Of a stretch of 64,000 nucleotides of DNA, positions 1-9,718 are shown one piece after another. The stretch is from Obrimoposthia wandeli (Eukaryota), in the NCBI GenBank assembly GCA_977020255.1, contig CDROCS010000122.1:620001-684000 (forward strand), in the 5' to 3' direction. The notes below the pieces were generated by a model. It made no database searches, was not told the DNA's origin, and worked only from the letters and a program-made list of their open reading frames with translations. A program made the translations under genes and the position numbers. Every line of letters starts with the position of its first letter. Position 1 is the stretch's first letter.

Positions 1-42
<42 letters not shown>

Positions 43-51
43 GGGATCGTT

Positions 52-87
<36 letters not shown>

Positions 88-330
88 CCACCTGGGCTAA
101 TCTTAGCGCGAGAGGCCCGAAGGTCCCCCTCTTTGGTCCGAAGACGTTATGCGGTATTAGCTATCGTTTCCAATAGTTATCCCCCACACTAAGGCATATT
201 CCCAGGCATTACTCACCCGTCCGCCGCTCGTCAGCAAAGAAAGCAAGCTTTCTTTCTGTTACCGCTCGACTTGCATGTGTTAGGCCTGCCGCCAGCGTTC
301 AATCTGAGCCATGATCAAACTCTTCAATTA
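1..330 (-). rRNA. rrs: 16S rRNA, 5' portion (continues beyond window start)
   Basis: Reverse complement reads TAATTGAAGAGTTTGATCATGGCTCAGATTGAACGCTGGCGGCAGGCCTAACACATGCAAGTCGAGCGG..., the universal 16S 5' end. Confidence 0.99.
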
Positions 331-500
331 AAGTTCTGTTGATTCTCTACTTAATAAAAAGCTTCGAATCGGCTCAATGATTTTTACTGATATTCTTGTT
401 TCATCTTCTTGCGAAGAATGAAGCATAAATTGACTGTGTCATCTTGCGATGATTAAGGTCACTCAGTTCATTGATAAATCTTTCGACTTAAAATTTCACG

Positions 501-540
501 AGTGCCCACACAGATTGCATGGTCAAATTGTTAAAGAACA
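501..540 (-). promoter_or_regulatory. rrn leader antitermination boxA and boxC
   Basis: Minus strand TGTTCTTTAACA (529-540, boxA-like) followed by TCTGTGTGGGCACT (501-514, boxC). Confidence 0.85.
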
Positions 541-590
541 TACTGACTAGGTTGCTGGCTAAGCGCCGTGCTCCGTGTCAGTGAGGTCGC

Positions 591-640
591 ATTATAGAGA
601 CTTCGATCAGCTTGGCAAGGGGCATTTTGAAATAATTATG
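591..640 (-). promoter_or_regulatory. rRNA operon sigma70 promoter
   Basis: Minus strand TTGCCA (613-618), 16-bp spacer, TATAAT (591-596), GC-rich discriminator GCGACC and AT-rich UP-like tract upstream, as expected for stable-RNA promoters. Confidence 0.88.
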
Positions 641-710
641 CAAAAGGTTCCCGACCGAATAAAATGCGAACAACTTACCAATATTCGTTCTAAAATCACA
701 CTTTTCATCA

Positions 711-1376
711 CTAAGAAAGTATAACTTGCTCTTCGATGCGCTCTATTAATGCAGGCGGTAATGCCAATGCATCCGCCAACGCATCCAAATAAGCACGTTC
801 TAAGAAATGGTCTACATCAACCACCAGCAATGAGACGAGGTAAACTTCCGACGCTTGCTCAAGCCCATCAACTGCATTTGCAATCACATGAGGGTTTAAT
901 GGTTCATCCAGCCAACGTGCAATCAATGCTTCTACATCGTGTGTTATCCCGTTTTGTTGTAGCCACTGAGTAATCGCTGCCTTTTCATCAATATCAATAT
1001 GACCATCAGCTTTGGCAGCAAAGAGCATGGCTTTCATCAATATTTCTTGATCCGTCTTTAATGGTGTTAATTCAGTCAACATCGGATCCACCGACGCTGT
1101 CGTTGTTTCCGTCTGATCTTGAAACCACTTTTTATATGCCTGATACGCCACGGTACCAATGGCGGCGGTGCCACCAATCACAGCTGCTTTCTTGCCATAT
1201 TTGCCCACCAGCCTTCGGCTTTTCTTATTTCCGACTAATACACCGACAAGTCCCCCTGTCGCCACTCCTTTTACAAGGTCAGCTTTACTAGAAGAAGAGG
1301 AGGAGGAAGAATTTTTCCCCATATAACTGCTGGCTTGATTAATGAGTTGGTCAAATAAGCTTTTCATCGTTGGCAC
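711..1376 (-). CDS. yebE: DUF533 / YebE-like tellurite-resistance TerB-family membrane protein
   Basis: Gly/Ala-rich hydrophobic N-terminus (GGLVGVLVG...AAIGTVAYQAYKKW) and AMLFAAKADGHID...EKAAI motif. Confidence 0.8.
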   Translation of the reverse strand: MPTMKSLFDQLINQASSYMGKNSSSSSSSSKADLVKGVATGGLVGVLVGNKKSRRLVGKYGKKAAVIGGTAAIGTVAYQAYKKWFQDQTETTTASVDPMLTELTPLKTDQEILMKAMLFAAKADGHIDIDEKAAITQWLQQNGITHDVEALIARWLDEPLNPHVIANAVDGLEQASEVYLVSLLVVDVDHFLERAYLDALADALALPPALIERIEEQVILS

Positions 1377-1470
1377 TCCATAACAAGGGATACCACTGAT
1401 ACTAAAGAAGAGAAAATGAACGGGGAATGAATTTAACGTAAAGCAAGGTAAAGAAGGAATGAAAATTCTT

Positions 1471-1524
1471 GATACAACAAAGCCCCAACCGACGTTGAGG
1501 CTTCATCGTTTTTATCTGGTGCCC
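1471..1524 (-). repeat. Displaced copy of tRNA-Leu 3' end plus its terminator (att-like direct repeat, copy 1)
   Basis: GATACAACAAAGCCCCAACCGACGTTGAGGCTTCATCGTTTTTATCTGGTGCCC matches 9719-9773 with 3 substitutions and small indels; includes rc of GGGCACCA. Confidence 0.9.
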
Positions 1525-2520
1525 CTAAATCACACGATCACCATGGCGAATTACAAGTTGTGGTTCAAAATGAAGATCTATACTGACATCTTCATTTTTA
1601 ATCAGGTTTATCAGCACTTCAACAGCAACTCGAGCCATTTTACTAATAGGAAAATGTACTGCCGAAACCGTGGGATAAAAACTGGCGCAGCGATCAATAC
1701 TGTCAAAACTAATCAAAGATACTTGCTGTGGAACGTTCACATTATTTTCATGGAAAAACTGCAACGCCCCTCCCATCATCTCTTCGTTACATGAAAATAA
1801 CGCAGTCAAATCAGGATGGGATTGATACAATTTTTTTGCTGCTAGATAACCACTTTCTCGACCATAATCACCCTCGGCACACAGAGTCAGATCAACGGTG
1901 ATATCCGCGGTAGATAAAGCATTAAGGTAACCTTGATAACGCTGTCGACTGTTCGTTCGATTGAGTGGACCAGTTATACACGCAATCTTTCTGTGACCTT
2001 GATTAATCAGATGGTCGACGGCCATCTGCCCCGCTAAAGAATGATCAAACGTTATACATCTAGATTCCAAACCTTCAACGCTACGGTCAAGTAAAACAAA
2101 CGGTGTTGGCTCTTTAGCCAATAATCGCAATTCATCATCACTAAGATAGCGACTATTGAGTACATAGCCGTCACAACGAAGAGCATGGAAGCGGTAAATA
2201 GCGTCACGCTCCCCCTCGGCACTATGATGCCCCTGAGCTGTAATCAAAAACTTCTTGTGCAAATCAAGTTCAGTCTGAACTTGATTCATCATTTCACCGA
2301 AGAACCCACCAGTATAATAAGTCACCAACAAGCCAGTCATATTTGATGAAGCTGTCGCGAGAGAGCGAGCGATCGCACTGGGGCGATAATTCAACTCCGC
2401 CATCGCTTGTTCAACTTTGCGTTTAGTATCCGCCCTAAATTTACCTTCTCCATTGATAATGCGAGAGACGGTTGAACGGTTAACTCCAGCTAAAAGAGCT
2501 ACATCTTTAATCCTTGCCAT
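1525..2520 (-). CDS. LacI-family transcriptional repressor (ChsR-like)
   Basis: N-terminal IKDVALLAGVNRSTVSRIING HTH plus sugar-binding domain; last gene of the PTS cluster. Confidence 0.92.
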   Translation of the reverse strand: MARIKDVALLAGVNRSTVSRIINGEGKFRADTKRKVEQAMAELNYRPSAIARSLATASSNMTGLLVTYYTGGFFGEMMNQVQTELDLHKKFLITAQGHHSAEGERDAIYRFHALRCDGYVLNSRYLSDDELRLLAKEPTPFVLLDRSVEGLESRCITFDHSLAGQMAVDHLINQGHRKIACITGPLNRTNSRQRYQGYLNALSTADITVDLTLCAEGDYGRESGYLAAKKLYQSHPDLTALFSCNEEMMGGALQFFHENNVNVPQQVSLISFDSIDRCASFYPTVSAVHFPISKMARVAVEVLINLIKNEDVSIDLHFEPQLVIRHGDRVI

Positions 2521-2661
2521 AGCTTCTATGTCCTACCTCTAATAATTAATTGAACTGCCTCTTATTTCAATTAAAAAGCCACGACATCAACCTTTCGCTA
2601 TAGTGTAAACCTGCAGATGCGAAAATACAGTACTAACGGTATTTTCATCAGGATCCATAAT

Positions 2662-2727
2662 AATAACGAACTGCCAGTAATTCGCATTGTGGTACAGGGG
2701 GAATTAGCGTTACTGGCAGTCGTTATT
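2662..2727. repeat. Long inverted repeat between chbG and the LacI gene
   Basis: AATAACGAACTGCCAGTAA ... TTACTGGCAGTCGTTATT (18-bp arms, one bulge). Confidence 0.6.
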
Positions 2728-2795
2728 GGTTTATCATCCAAATGACGATTTAATCCACTGACCAGAGCGATTACTGCGGATCAAACCTATACTGC

Positions 2796-3533
2796 TCATT
2801 TAGAGAAAATAGAAAAATCACAGACTTCAATATCCTTCGCTTCTAGGCGTTGAGACAAGCCTGCATCAGTCAGAATCGCCAACTCTTTGGCTCTTAACAA
2901 ACTGTAAGCACTCGCATCTAATAATGGCTGGTCAATGAATGCCGGATGACACATTATTTCTAACACATCACACTGATGATGATATTTATCAATAATCCCA
3001 AAAATATTCTCGATGCTCACTTCATCACCATAAAACGCACCACTAAACATATATCGATAATCACGAGAGGGGTCACTCTTAAAATCTCCTCCCCTTAAAG
3101 GCACTTTATAATATCGAGCAAGCTCTGTGACAATCGGTAATATTTGCGGATGAGTATGCGCATGATGGTGGCTATCAATATGGCTTAAGTTCAATCCTAA
3201 TGCCAAAAAATGCTCAACTTGTGCGGTAACTTCATCGGCAATCTGCTGTTCAGAAAAAGTATTCTTTTGCCAAAAATCATCCTGCCTAAGAAATTGACCA
3301 TTTTCCCCTGTGAGGGTATTGCCGGCAGTAAGCGCCTCACCAGCTGTAAACCGCAAATGCAAGCCAACATTGAGGGAAGAGGCTGTGGATGCCAACTCAA
3401 CGGCCTGTTTCTCTGCCTCCATACCAACCATGAGTGTGGTTGAACGAACAACCCCTGACTTGCTGGCCGCTACAATTCCTAAGTTAACACCGGGGGTTAA
3501 ACCAAAATCATCCGCATTGAAAATTACATGCAT
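2796..3533 (-). CDS. chbG: YdjC/ChbG chitooligosaccharide deacetylase
   Basis: NADDFG, GLHL, HIDSHHH and EIMCHP motifs. Confidence 0.92.
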   Translation of the reverse strand: MHVIFNADDFGLTPGVNLGIVAASKSGVVRSTTLMVGMEAEKQAVELASTASSLNVGLHLRFTAGEALTAGNTLTGENGQFLRQDDFWQKNTFSEQQIADEVTAQVEHFLALGLNLSHIDSHHHAHTHPQILPIVTELARYYKVPLRGGDFKSDPSRDYRYMFSGAFYGDEVSIENIFGIIDKYHHQCDVLEIMCHPAFIDQPLLDASAYSLLRAKELAILTDAGLSQRLEAKDIEVCDFSIFSK

Positions 3534-3598
3534 AGCATCACCTAAATATATAAAAATCGGCTTCCTTGCCGTTCAATCTTTCCTATACAATTTAATTT

Positions 3599-4912
3599 TT
3601 AACCATTGAACTGTGGTAAGTAGTCATGATTAATTCGCAATATATCATCCAAAATTGCTTTGGCTCGCTTAATGTCTGGCACTAAGGGGTTGTTTACCAA
3701 TGCCATTAACCCTTTGTCATAATCCCCATGGACAGCGGCCTCAACAGTCAATTGCTCATAAGCTTTCACCTGATGAATTAAACCACTCACCGCAGGGCTT
3801 AGCTGACCGACAGAAAGTGGACGAGCTCCCCAACTTCCAACGACTGCGCTGCACTCAATCACAGCATCATCAGGTAACGTTGCTATGGTGCCGTTGTTGC
3901 GCACATTAACAACATTTATCGTCTTAAGATCGTTATAAATAGCATCAACCAGATCAAGGGACGCATCAGAGTAATAAGCACCCCCACGTTTTTCAAGCTG
4001 CTTCGGTTTACTGTCTAGATTCACATCTTGATATAACATAAAGAGTTCTTGCTCTGTTTCCATGACCTGTTCAGCTCGCGTCCCACCATTTAAAGCCGTT
4101 TCTTTCTCTTCAGCAAGCATGGCTTCGGTTTGGTAAAAATAGCGGTGATACGGACAAGGAATCGCCCCTAAAGCTTTAAGAAAAGTAGGGTCCCACGGCT
4201 CTTCAAATATATTCGTCATACTGAAGTTGGCACCATCACCCACCTTCTCTAAAACTGTGGCGGTAATATCTTTACCATTCAACCAAGCTCGATGCACCCA
4301 TACCATATGGTTTAACCCTGCGAACTCCAAAGACAGGTCATGCTGTGAGCAATTCATCATCTCTGCAATCATCATCTTCATCGAAACGGGCACATTGCAA
4401 AGACCAATGGTTTTGACCTTGCTGTATTTCAGTACCGCTTCCGTAACTAAGCCTGCGGGGTTAGTAAAATTTAACATCCAAGCATTCGGCGCTAATTCTT
4501 CAATATCTTTGCAAATATCAAGGATCACCGGGATCGTACGAAGTGCTTTTGCAAAACCACCTGGACCTGTCGTTTCTTGCCCAATCACGTCATACTTGAG
4601 TGGTATACGCTCATCATTTGCACGAGCTTGTAATCCGCCAACGCGAAACTGGGTCATAACAAAGTCAGCATCTTTAATCGCTGCACGGCGATCTAGCGAA
4701 GCCTTAATGGTAATGTCGGCGCCAACCTTTTCAACCATACGTCGCGCCAACGCTTCGATAATATCCAACTTCTCCTGACCAGCTTCAATATCAACAAAAT
4801 GGATCTCTTTTACAGGTAAACGCTCTAGCCTTTTTAGAACACCTTCAACCAATTCTGGAGTATAACTACTCCCACCTCCGATAATGGCAAGCTTTAGCGG
4901 CGATTTAATCAT
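3599..4912 (-). CDS. chbF: 6-phospho-beta-glucosidase, GH4 (ChbF/CelF)
   Basis: IIGGGSSYTPEL, GQETTGPGG, NFTNPAG, GLCNVP and GLNH motifs. Confidence 0.93.
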   Translation of the reverse strand: MIKSPLKLAIIGGGSSYTPELVEGVLKRLERLPVKEIHFVDIEAGQEKLDIIEALARRMVEKVGADITIKASLDRRAAIKDADFVMTQFRVGGLQARANDERIPLKYDVIGQETTGPGGFAKALRTIPVILDICKDIEELAPNAWMLNFTNPAGLVTEAVLKYSKVKTIGLCNVPVSMKMMIAEMMNCSQHDLSLEFAGLNHMVWVHRAWLNGKDITATVLEKVGDGANFSMTNIFEEPWDPTFLKALGAIPCPYHRYFYQTEAMLAEEKETALNGGTRAEQVMETEQELFMLYQDVNLDSKPKQLEKRGGAYYSDASLDLVDAIYNDLKTINVVNVRNNGTIATLPDDAVIECSAVVGSWGARPLSVGQLSPAVSGLIHQVKAYEQLTVEAAVHGDYDKGLMALVNNPLVPDIKRAKAILDDILRINHDYLPQFNG

Positions 4913-4981
4913 TGTCTACCTTTCCTTATGTATTGAAATCATATTAGGGTTATAACCTTTGCTATAACCCTGTGATTGTTA

Positions 4982-6310
4982 TTAAGCTGTCGCACCACTT
5001 ACTGGTACCGCATCTTGCTGTTGTTCAGCCGACTTGCCTTCTTCTGCAAGTAATTGCTTTTCGAATATTTTAAAGAATGGCAGGTAGATGAATATGTCCA
5101 TCACAAGCAACGCGAGAACCAGCAACACCGGAGATAGCGTCCAGCCAGAGCCCCAAGACGCACCAAGCAGTGCAGGAGCCGTCCACGCGGTTTGCGAAAC
5201 ACCCGCCCCGACGATACCCATATGAACAGCGGCATAAGCAATAGTTGCATTTATTACTGGTGCAAAAATGAATGGGATAAACATAGTAGGGTTCAAGACC
5301 AGCGGGCTACCGAAGATGACAGGCTCATTGATCTGGAAGACGCCAGGAACAAAGCTCATACGACCCAGACTACGAAGGTGAACGGAACGGCTGAACATCA
5401 TCAATATAACTAATGCCAGCGTTGCCCCCGAACCACCGATAAAGATATAAAAGTCCCAGAAAGGCTGAGTAAATACATTGGGAATCGCTTCACCCGCTAA
5501 ATAGGCAGCTTGGTTTGCACTGATGTTGGTCAGGAAGATAGGAGACAACAACCCCACGACAATAGCGGCTCCATGGATGCCCGCAAACCATAGCAATTGA
5601 CATAGTAGCAGCGCACCAATAATGGCTGGCAGTGAGTTGGAGGCACTTACCAAAGGCCTAAACATTTCCAACACCAAATCAGGGATCAGCATGTCATATT
5701 GCGCTTGTAAGAAAAGGCTGAGCGGGAAAAGAGTCAGGAATATCACAAGCACAGGGATCAACAGTTCAAATGAGCGAGCAATCGCTGGTGGCACCTGCTC
5801 TGGTAGCCTGATGGTAATGTTGTATTTTTTCAAAATGCGTATCAGTTCTACAGAAAAGAATGCACTGATCACGGCAGTAAAAATACCCGTACCAGACATA
5901 TGCCCCATTGATAATGCACCGTCCGTCGCTGGTGCCGATGCGATTAAAAAAGACATCACCGATAGTGAGGCGCTGGTAATGCCATCCATTTTATAAGCGC
6001 GCGCCAAACTATATCCGATACCTAGTGACACAAATATTGCCATGATTCCCATCGTCATTTGAAAAGGCATCATGAGGTTATCAAAGTTAGCGGAGGCAAA
6101 ATCAAGCCAAGCTCGGCCGAAAGCATTTTGCGTATCTTCCGCAAATGGAGGAAAAGCAAATACCAAAGCAAAACTACCAACAATAATAAATGGCATCGCG
6201 ACAATAAAACCATCACGCATGGCACGAACATGTTTTTGGTTACCCACTTTAACAGCCAGCGGTGCAATAATTTTTTCAACAAAATTAATTACCGAATCAT
6301 ATAACTTCAT
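4982..6310 (-). CDS. chbC: PTS lactose/cellobiose/chitobiose-family IIC permease
   Basis: AMRDGF, LLWFAGIHG, GGSGATL and FQINEPVIFG motifs; multiple TM segments. Confidence 0.92.
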   Translation of the reverse strand: MKLYDSVINFVEKIIAPLAVKVGNQKHVRAMRDGFIVAMPFIIVGSFALVFAFPPFAEDTQNAFGRAWLDFASANFDNLMMPFQMTMGIMAIFVSLGIGYSLARAYKMDGITSASLSVMSFLIASAPATDGALSMGHMSGTGIFTAVISAFFSVELIRILKKYNITIRLPEQVPPAIARSFELLIPVLVIFLTLFPLSLFLQAQYDMLIPDLVLEMFRPLVSASNSLPAIIGALLLCQLLWFAGIHGAAIVVGLLSPIFLTNISANQAAYLAGEAIPNVFTQPFWDFYIFIGGSGATLALVILMMFSRSVHLRSLGRMSFVPGVFQINEPVIFGSPLVLNPTMFIPFIFAPVINATIAYAAVHMGIVGAGVSQTAWTAPALLGASWGSGWTLSPVLLVLALLVMDIFIYLPFFKIFEKQLLAEEGKSAEQQQDAVPVSGATA

Positions 6311-6419
6311 CTAAAATTCCCTTTTGTTATAATTAACCACTCCACAAATACCTTCATGTAGAGATATTCAATCTGTTTATTTGCACCATCAGTAAAATAA
6401 AGAACCCTACGTATTTCAC

Positions 6420-6727
6420 TTTATTACCCAGCAAGTAAGAGAGGGCGATTGGTCGAGTACTTCACCACTTTTCATCATGCTGTATGCAAGGGGGGCGCAT
6501 CAATCTGCTTACCATACTGGCTTGTGATTCACTTCAGTTCTTCTCGTTCAAACCTGACTTAACGCCCGTCCAAGAAAAAAATAAACCATTGAAAAGCAAA
6601 TTAAAACCATGAAAAGGAAGAGTTTTAATTTCATATTCCATCCCATAATTGGCCGCCGCCTGTTCTATTTTCTCACCTGCATCCTGATGGACACTCATGC
6701 ACTACAATACAATAAAACTTTCTTCAT
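6420..6727 (-). pseudogene. chbB: Decayed PTS lactose/cellobiose-family IIB gene
   Basis: Manual translation gives MKKVLLYCSA*VSIRMQVRK / IEQAAANYGMEYEIK ... / VRFEREELK*ITSQYGKQIDA / AYSMMKSGEVLDQ, matching the IIB pattern (MKKILLxCxAGMSTSxLVxKM...YGxMxGxxVL) with stops and frameshifts. Confidence 0.85.
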
Positions 6728-6792
6728 AATACAATTCGTCTTTTTGTTATTCACTTTTTAGCCACGACGGAATTGTAAACAAATAAAACAAA

Positions 6793-6835
6793 ACATTAAA
6801 GCGCAACCGGTTGCATTATCGTGAACGAGTTCTCA
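6793..6835 (-). promoter_or_regulatory. Candidate CRP class II promoter of the PTS operon with LacI-type operator
   Basis: CRP-like CGTGA-N6-TCTCA (6820-6835), perfect palindrome GCAACCGGTTGC (6803-6814) and -10 TAATGT (6793-6798, minus strand) at class II spacing. Confidence 0.6.
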
Positions 6836-7112
6836 AATAATAACATTCTCACTGAAAAAACAGGGTGCAACAAAAAAAACAAAAAACAATAATTAAGTGT
6901 AAAAAATAACAATAACGATATTTACACCCAATTTAAAGTGCAAACTAAAGTAACAGAAATATAATAATGACATATGACGCGCGCACATACCAAGCCGCTA
7001 TTGACTCAATTAAACAATCCGAATTATTACTATTAAAAGATATAAATGATAATTTTTATTTATCCATATTTTAAACATTCACCAACAATTCAATTTGAAT
7101 AATGAGATGTAT

Positions 7113-8399
7113 ATGAAACTACAAAAAACACTGCTATCTGTATTGTGCACAGCTGCAATCTTAACAACCTCAATGGCAGCTCAAGCAGCCCCGAAAGGAA
7201 CAATTTATCTTACTTTTGATGATGGTCCAATAAATGCCTCAGCTCCAGTGATTGATGTTTTGAACGAAGGTGGGATTAAAGGCACATTTTATGTCAATAG
7301 CTGGCATTTAGATGGTATCGGTGATGAAAACGAAGATAAAGCCGTTGACGCGCTAAAGTATATGCTCGACTCTGGCCATGTTGTGGCTAACCATAGTTAT
7401 GGTCATATGGTTCATAACTGTGTCGATGCAAATGGGGATAACAGTGCTGCCGCCTGTAACGCTACTGGTAACCATCAAATTGATTCGTACCAAGACGCTG
7501 CATATGATGCCTCAATGTTCGATAAGAACCTTGCCGTGATTGAGTCTTATATTCCGAATGTATACACCTATCCAAATTACAAAGGGGATAACCTTGCTCG
7601 CTTGCCTTATACTAATGGCTGGCGTGTCGCTAAAGACTTCAAAGGCGATGGACTCTGTGCAACATCGGATGACTTTAAGCCTTGGGAACCTGGATATGTG
7701 TGTGACCCAGAAAACCCATCACAAAGCGTTCAAGCCTCGATGAAGGTTGCTGATATTTTGACAGGGAAAAACTACCAACTTCATGGCTGGGATCTTGATT
7801 GGGCGCCAGAGAACTGGGGTATAGCGATGCCTGCTAATAGTTTAACTGAAGCCGATGCATTCTTAGGCTACGTTGATGCAGCTATTAATGCTTGTGCGCC
7901 AACCACTATCGAACCAGTTAACTCAAAAACCCAAACATTCCCATGCGGTACATCTCTGCATGCCGATAAAGTTATCGTCTTGACCCATGAGTTTCTCTTT
8001 GAAGATGGTAAACGTGGCATGGGAGCAACAAAAAATCTGCCGAAACTTGCCAAGTTCATAAAAATTGCAAAAGAAGCAGGATATGTTTTCGATACCATCG
8101 ATAATTATGCACCAGTATGGTCTATCGGAAAAACTTACGAAGAGGGCGATTATGTCACTCACGAAGATACGATTTACAAGGCTGTCATTGCCCACAACGC
8201 ACAAGCTGACTGGGCACCATCGTCAACGTCAAGCTTATGGTTAAACAGCATGCCGACAACGGTATGGACACTTAACGTCAGCTATAACCAAGGCGATATT
8301 GTCCGTTATATGAATGAGCGTTACCTCGTCAATGCAGCTCATACTTCACAAGCTGACTGGACACCGAACACCGAAGCGACGTTATTCACTAAATTGTAA
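7113..8399 (+). CDS. cod: Secreted chitin oligosaccharide deacetylase (CE4 NodB domain plus two C-terminal CBM5/12-type modules)
   Basis: Signal peptide ending AQA; TIYLTFDDGP, NHSY.H, ARLPY and VLTHEFLF motifs; two Trp-rich repeats (W...Y..GD.V...W.P); closely resembles Vibrio COD as recalled; start placed at MKLQK. Confidence 0.9.
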   Translation: MKLQKTLLSVLCTAAILTTSMAAQAAPKGTIYLTFDDGPINASAPVIDVLNEGGIKGTFYVNSWHLDGIGDENEDKAVDALKYMLDSGHVVANHSYGHMVHNCVDANGDNSAAACNATGNHQIDSYQDAAYDASMFDKNLAVIESYIPNVYTYPNYKGDNLARLPYTNGWRVAKDFKGDGLCATSDDFKPWEPGYVCDPENPSQSVQASMKVADILTGKNYQLHGWDLDWAPENWGIAMPANSLTEADAFLGYVDAAINACAPTTIEPVNSKTQTFPCGTSLHADKVIVLTHEFLFEDGKRGMGATKNLPKLAKFIKIAKEAGYVFDTIDNYAPVWSIGKTYEEGDYVTHEDTIYKAVIAHNAQADWAPSSTSSLWLNSMPTTVWTLNVSYNQGDIVRYMNERYLVNAAHTSQADWTPNTEATLFTKL

Positions 8400-8417
8400 T
8401 AGCCGACCTCTAAAAAT

Positions 8418-8452
8418 TCGCCCACATGATAGCTTTGCTTTCATGTGGGCGA
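8418..8452. terminator. Hairpin between convergent cod and hypothetical gene
   Basis: 12-bp perfect inverted repeat TCGCCCACATGA / TCATGTGGGCGA. Confidence 0.65.
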
Positions 8453-8551
8453 TACGTCTAATACAACCAAAAAAACTGAAACCTAGTCATGTATTTTACT
8501 TTTCACTCTTCACTCTTATCTCTAGCGCTCAAACAAACTGACCACGATGCT

Positions 8552-8893
8552 TCACCGTCGATAACATTGCCACAGCCTAGACGCTATCTTTACCCAATAT
8601 GATTTATTAGTGATCGCAATAGATAGAGGCAGAAAACGTTTAGGCCACCCTGTTCGCTCAGTGACAGTGATCGTGGCACCACTGGGCACTGTAATAATCA
8701 ATCTAAATAATGACGACGAGTCTAGCCCTCTTATCAAATAGCGAAAATTGAGTTTCAATGCCCGCACAAGTTTAAGGCACGCTATCAATAATGTCGGATC
8801 ACTAAGATGAAGGGTAATTGTCTGTTCATTGGCAACGAGGCGAATAGTTTTGTCATCCACCTCCATGACTAACGCCCCATGAATACTCAGCAT
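8552..8893 (-). CDS. Hypothetical protein (113 aa)
   Basis: ORF starts 3 bp after the stop of the upstream small ORF, suggesting coupling; no family recognised. Confidence 0.6.
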   Translation of the reverse strand: MLSIHGALVMEVDDKTIRLVANEQTITLHLSDPTLLIACLKLVRALKLNFRYLIRGLDSSSLFRLIITVPSGATITVTERTGWPKRFLPLSIAITNKSYWVKIASRLWQCYRR

Positions 8894-8896
8894 GTA

Positions 8897-9100
8897 TTAC
8901 TCTAAGCTTCGACCTCGAATACTGATGCTGCCATTGACAGTCCAAGTCGAATGATCCGATTTTTCTCCGGTGCCACTGGGTACACCGATCTCAATCTTGT
9001 CAAATTCATACGTTAATTCAGCATGACGCTCAGTGAGTTTGTCGTACAAAGCCCCTGCCAACTCGGGCCAATTAGTCGTATTGTTGTTTGCATCTGCCAT
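8897..9100 (-). CDS. Small hypothetical protein (67 aa)
   Basis: Strong RBS (AGGAGAAAGG) before ATG; protein-like composition (NWPELAGALYDKLT...YEF...VPSGTG...W.VNGSI). Confidence 0.75.
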   Translation of the reverse strand: MADANNNTTNWPELAGALYDKLTERHAELTYEFDKIEIGVPSGTGEKSDHSTWTVNGSISIRGRSLE

Positions 9101-9718
9101 TGCCTTTCTCCTACTTGTTTAATCCACATTGCCTTGTAATTGACAAGGTAAAATGTCACCTTGCCCTCAAGCTAATAAATTTCGCCAGCATATGCACATC
9201 ACCCTCACTACAGACTGGCAACTACTGGCATTTATACCCAAATGAACTCAACGTATCTAATTGAGGGAAATCAGTGTAGCAATGACTACCAGCCACTCAA
9301 TTCTCGTTAAAATAAACATCTTGCTCTGTATGGGTACACACATTATAGCTGCTGTAATAACTTACCGGCCTTCTGAATACGAGTCACCACCGCTATCTTG
9401 GCTGTTTTCTCTTATATTCAGTAACAAAGCACAATTTTTATTATCAGGTTATACCAACCTGGATAAATAGTAGCACCAGAAAAGCACCATGAAACGACCG
9501 TAAAGATTAGCTGCTGAACTCTTGGGTATGTTGGCTCGTGATTTGACTAAAACTGGAGAGCGTTAGATTTACTTAGATTGCTTTAAGCGCAGATTCGGCA
9601 TGTGATGAACGATACATGGACCATGGAGTAAGTTTGAAAGCAAATAAGGATCATCTATTGTGTAGAAGAAAACACTGATAGCAAGAAAGGGAAAACGAGG
9701 AAGTTTTTGATTACTCCA

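Larger units (their letters stand above)
1525..9718. mobile_element. tRNA-Leu(CAA)-anchored genomic islet, no integrase seen
   Basis: Bounded by direct repeats 1471-1524 and 9719-9773; accessory chitin-oligosaccharide genes and hypothetical ORFs inside. Confidence 0.7.

Noticed and set aside
1291-1311. (GAA/GAG)7 tract encoding poly-Ser in the DUF533 gene
   Set aside because: Ordinary low-complexity linker; mixed codons make phase variation unlikely
1394-1418. Weak similarity (CACTGATA...GAAAA.G) to 9672-9696, which could extend the att repeat
   Set aside because: About 20/25 identity in purine-rich DNA and not contiguous with the main repeat; may be chance
2604-2648. NagC-like half-site GCGAAAATAC upstream of the LacI gene
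   Set aside because: Second half-site does not match
4227-4778. 183-aa plus-strand ORF and the many other 60-140-aa overlapping ORFs in the track
   Set aside because: Antisense or out-of-frame shadows of well-supported genes with no recognisable motifs
9101-9718. Possible integrase remnant or small ORFs (9261-9470, 9569-9844) next to the tRNA
   Set aside because: No tyrosine-recombinase motifs recognised and no clear RBS; the 9569-9844 ORF overlaps the tRNA and its terminator
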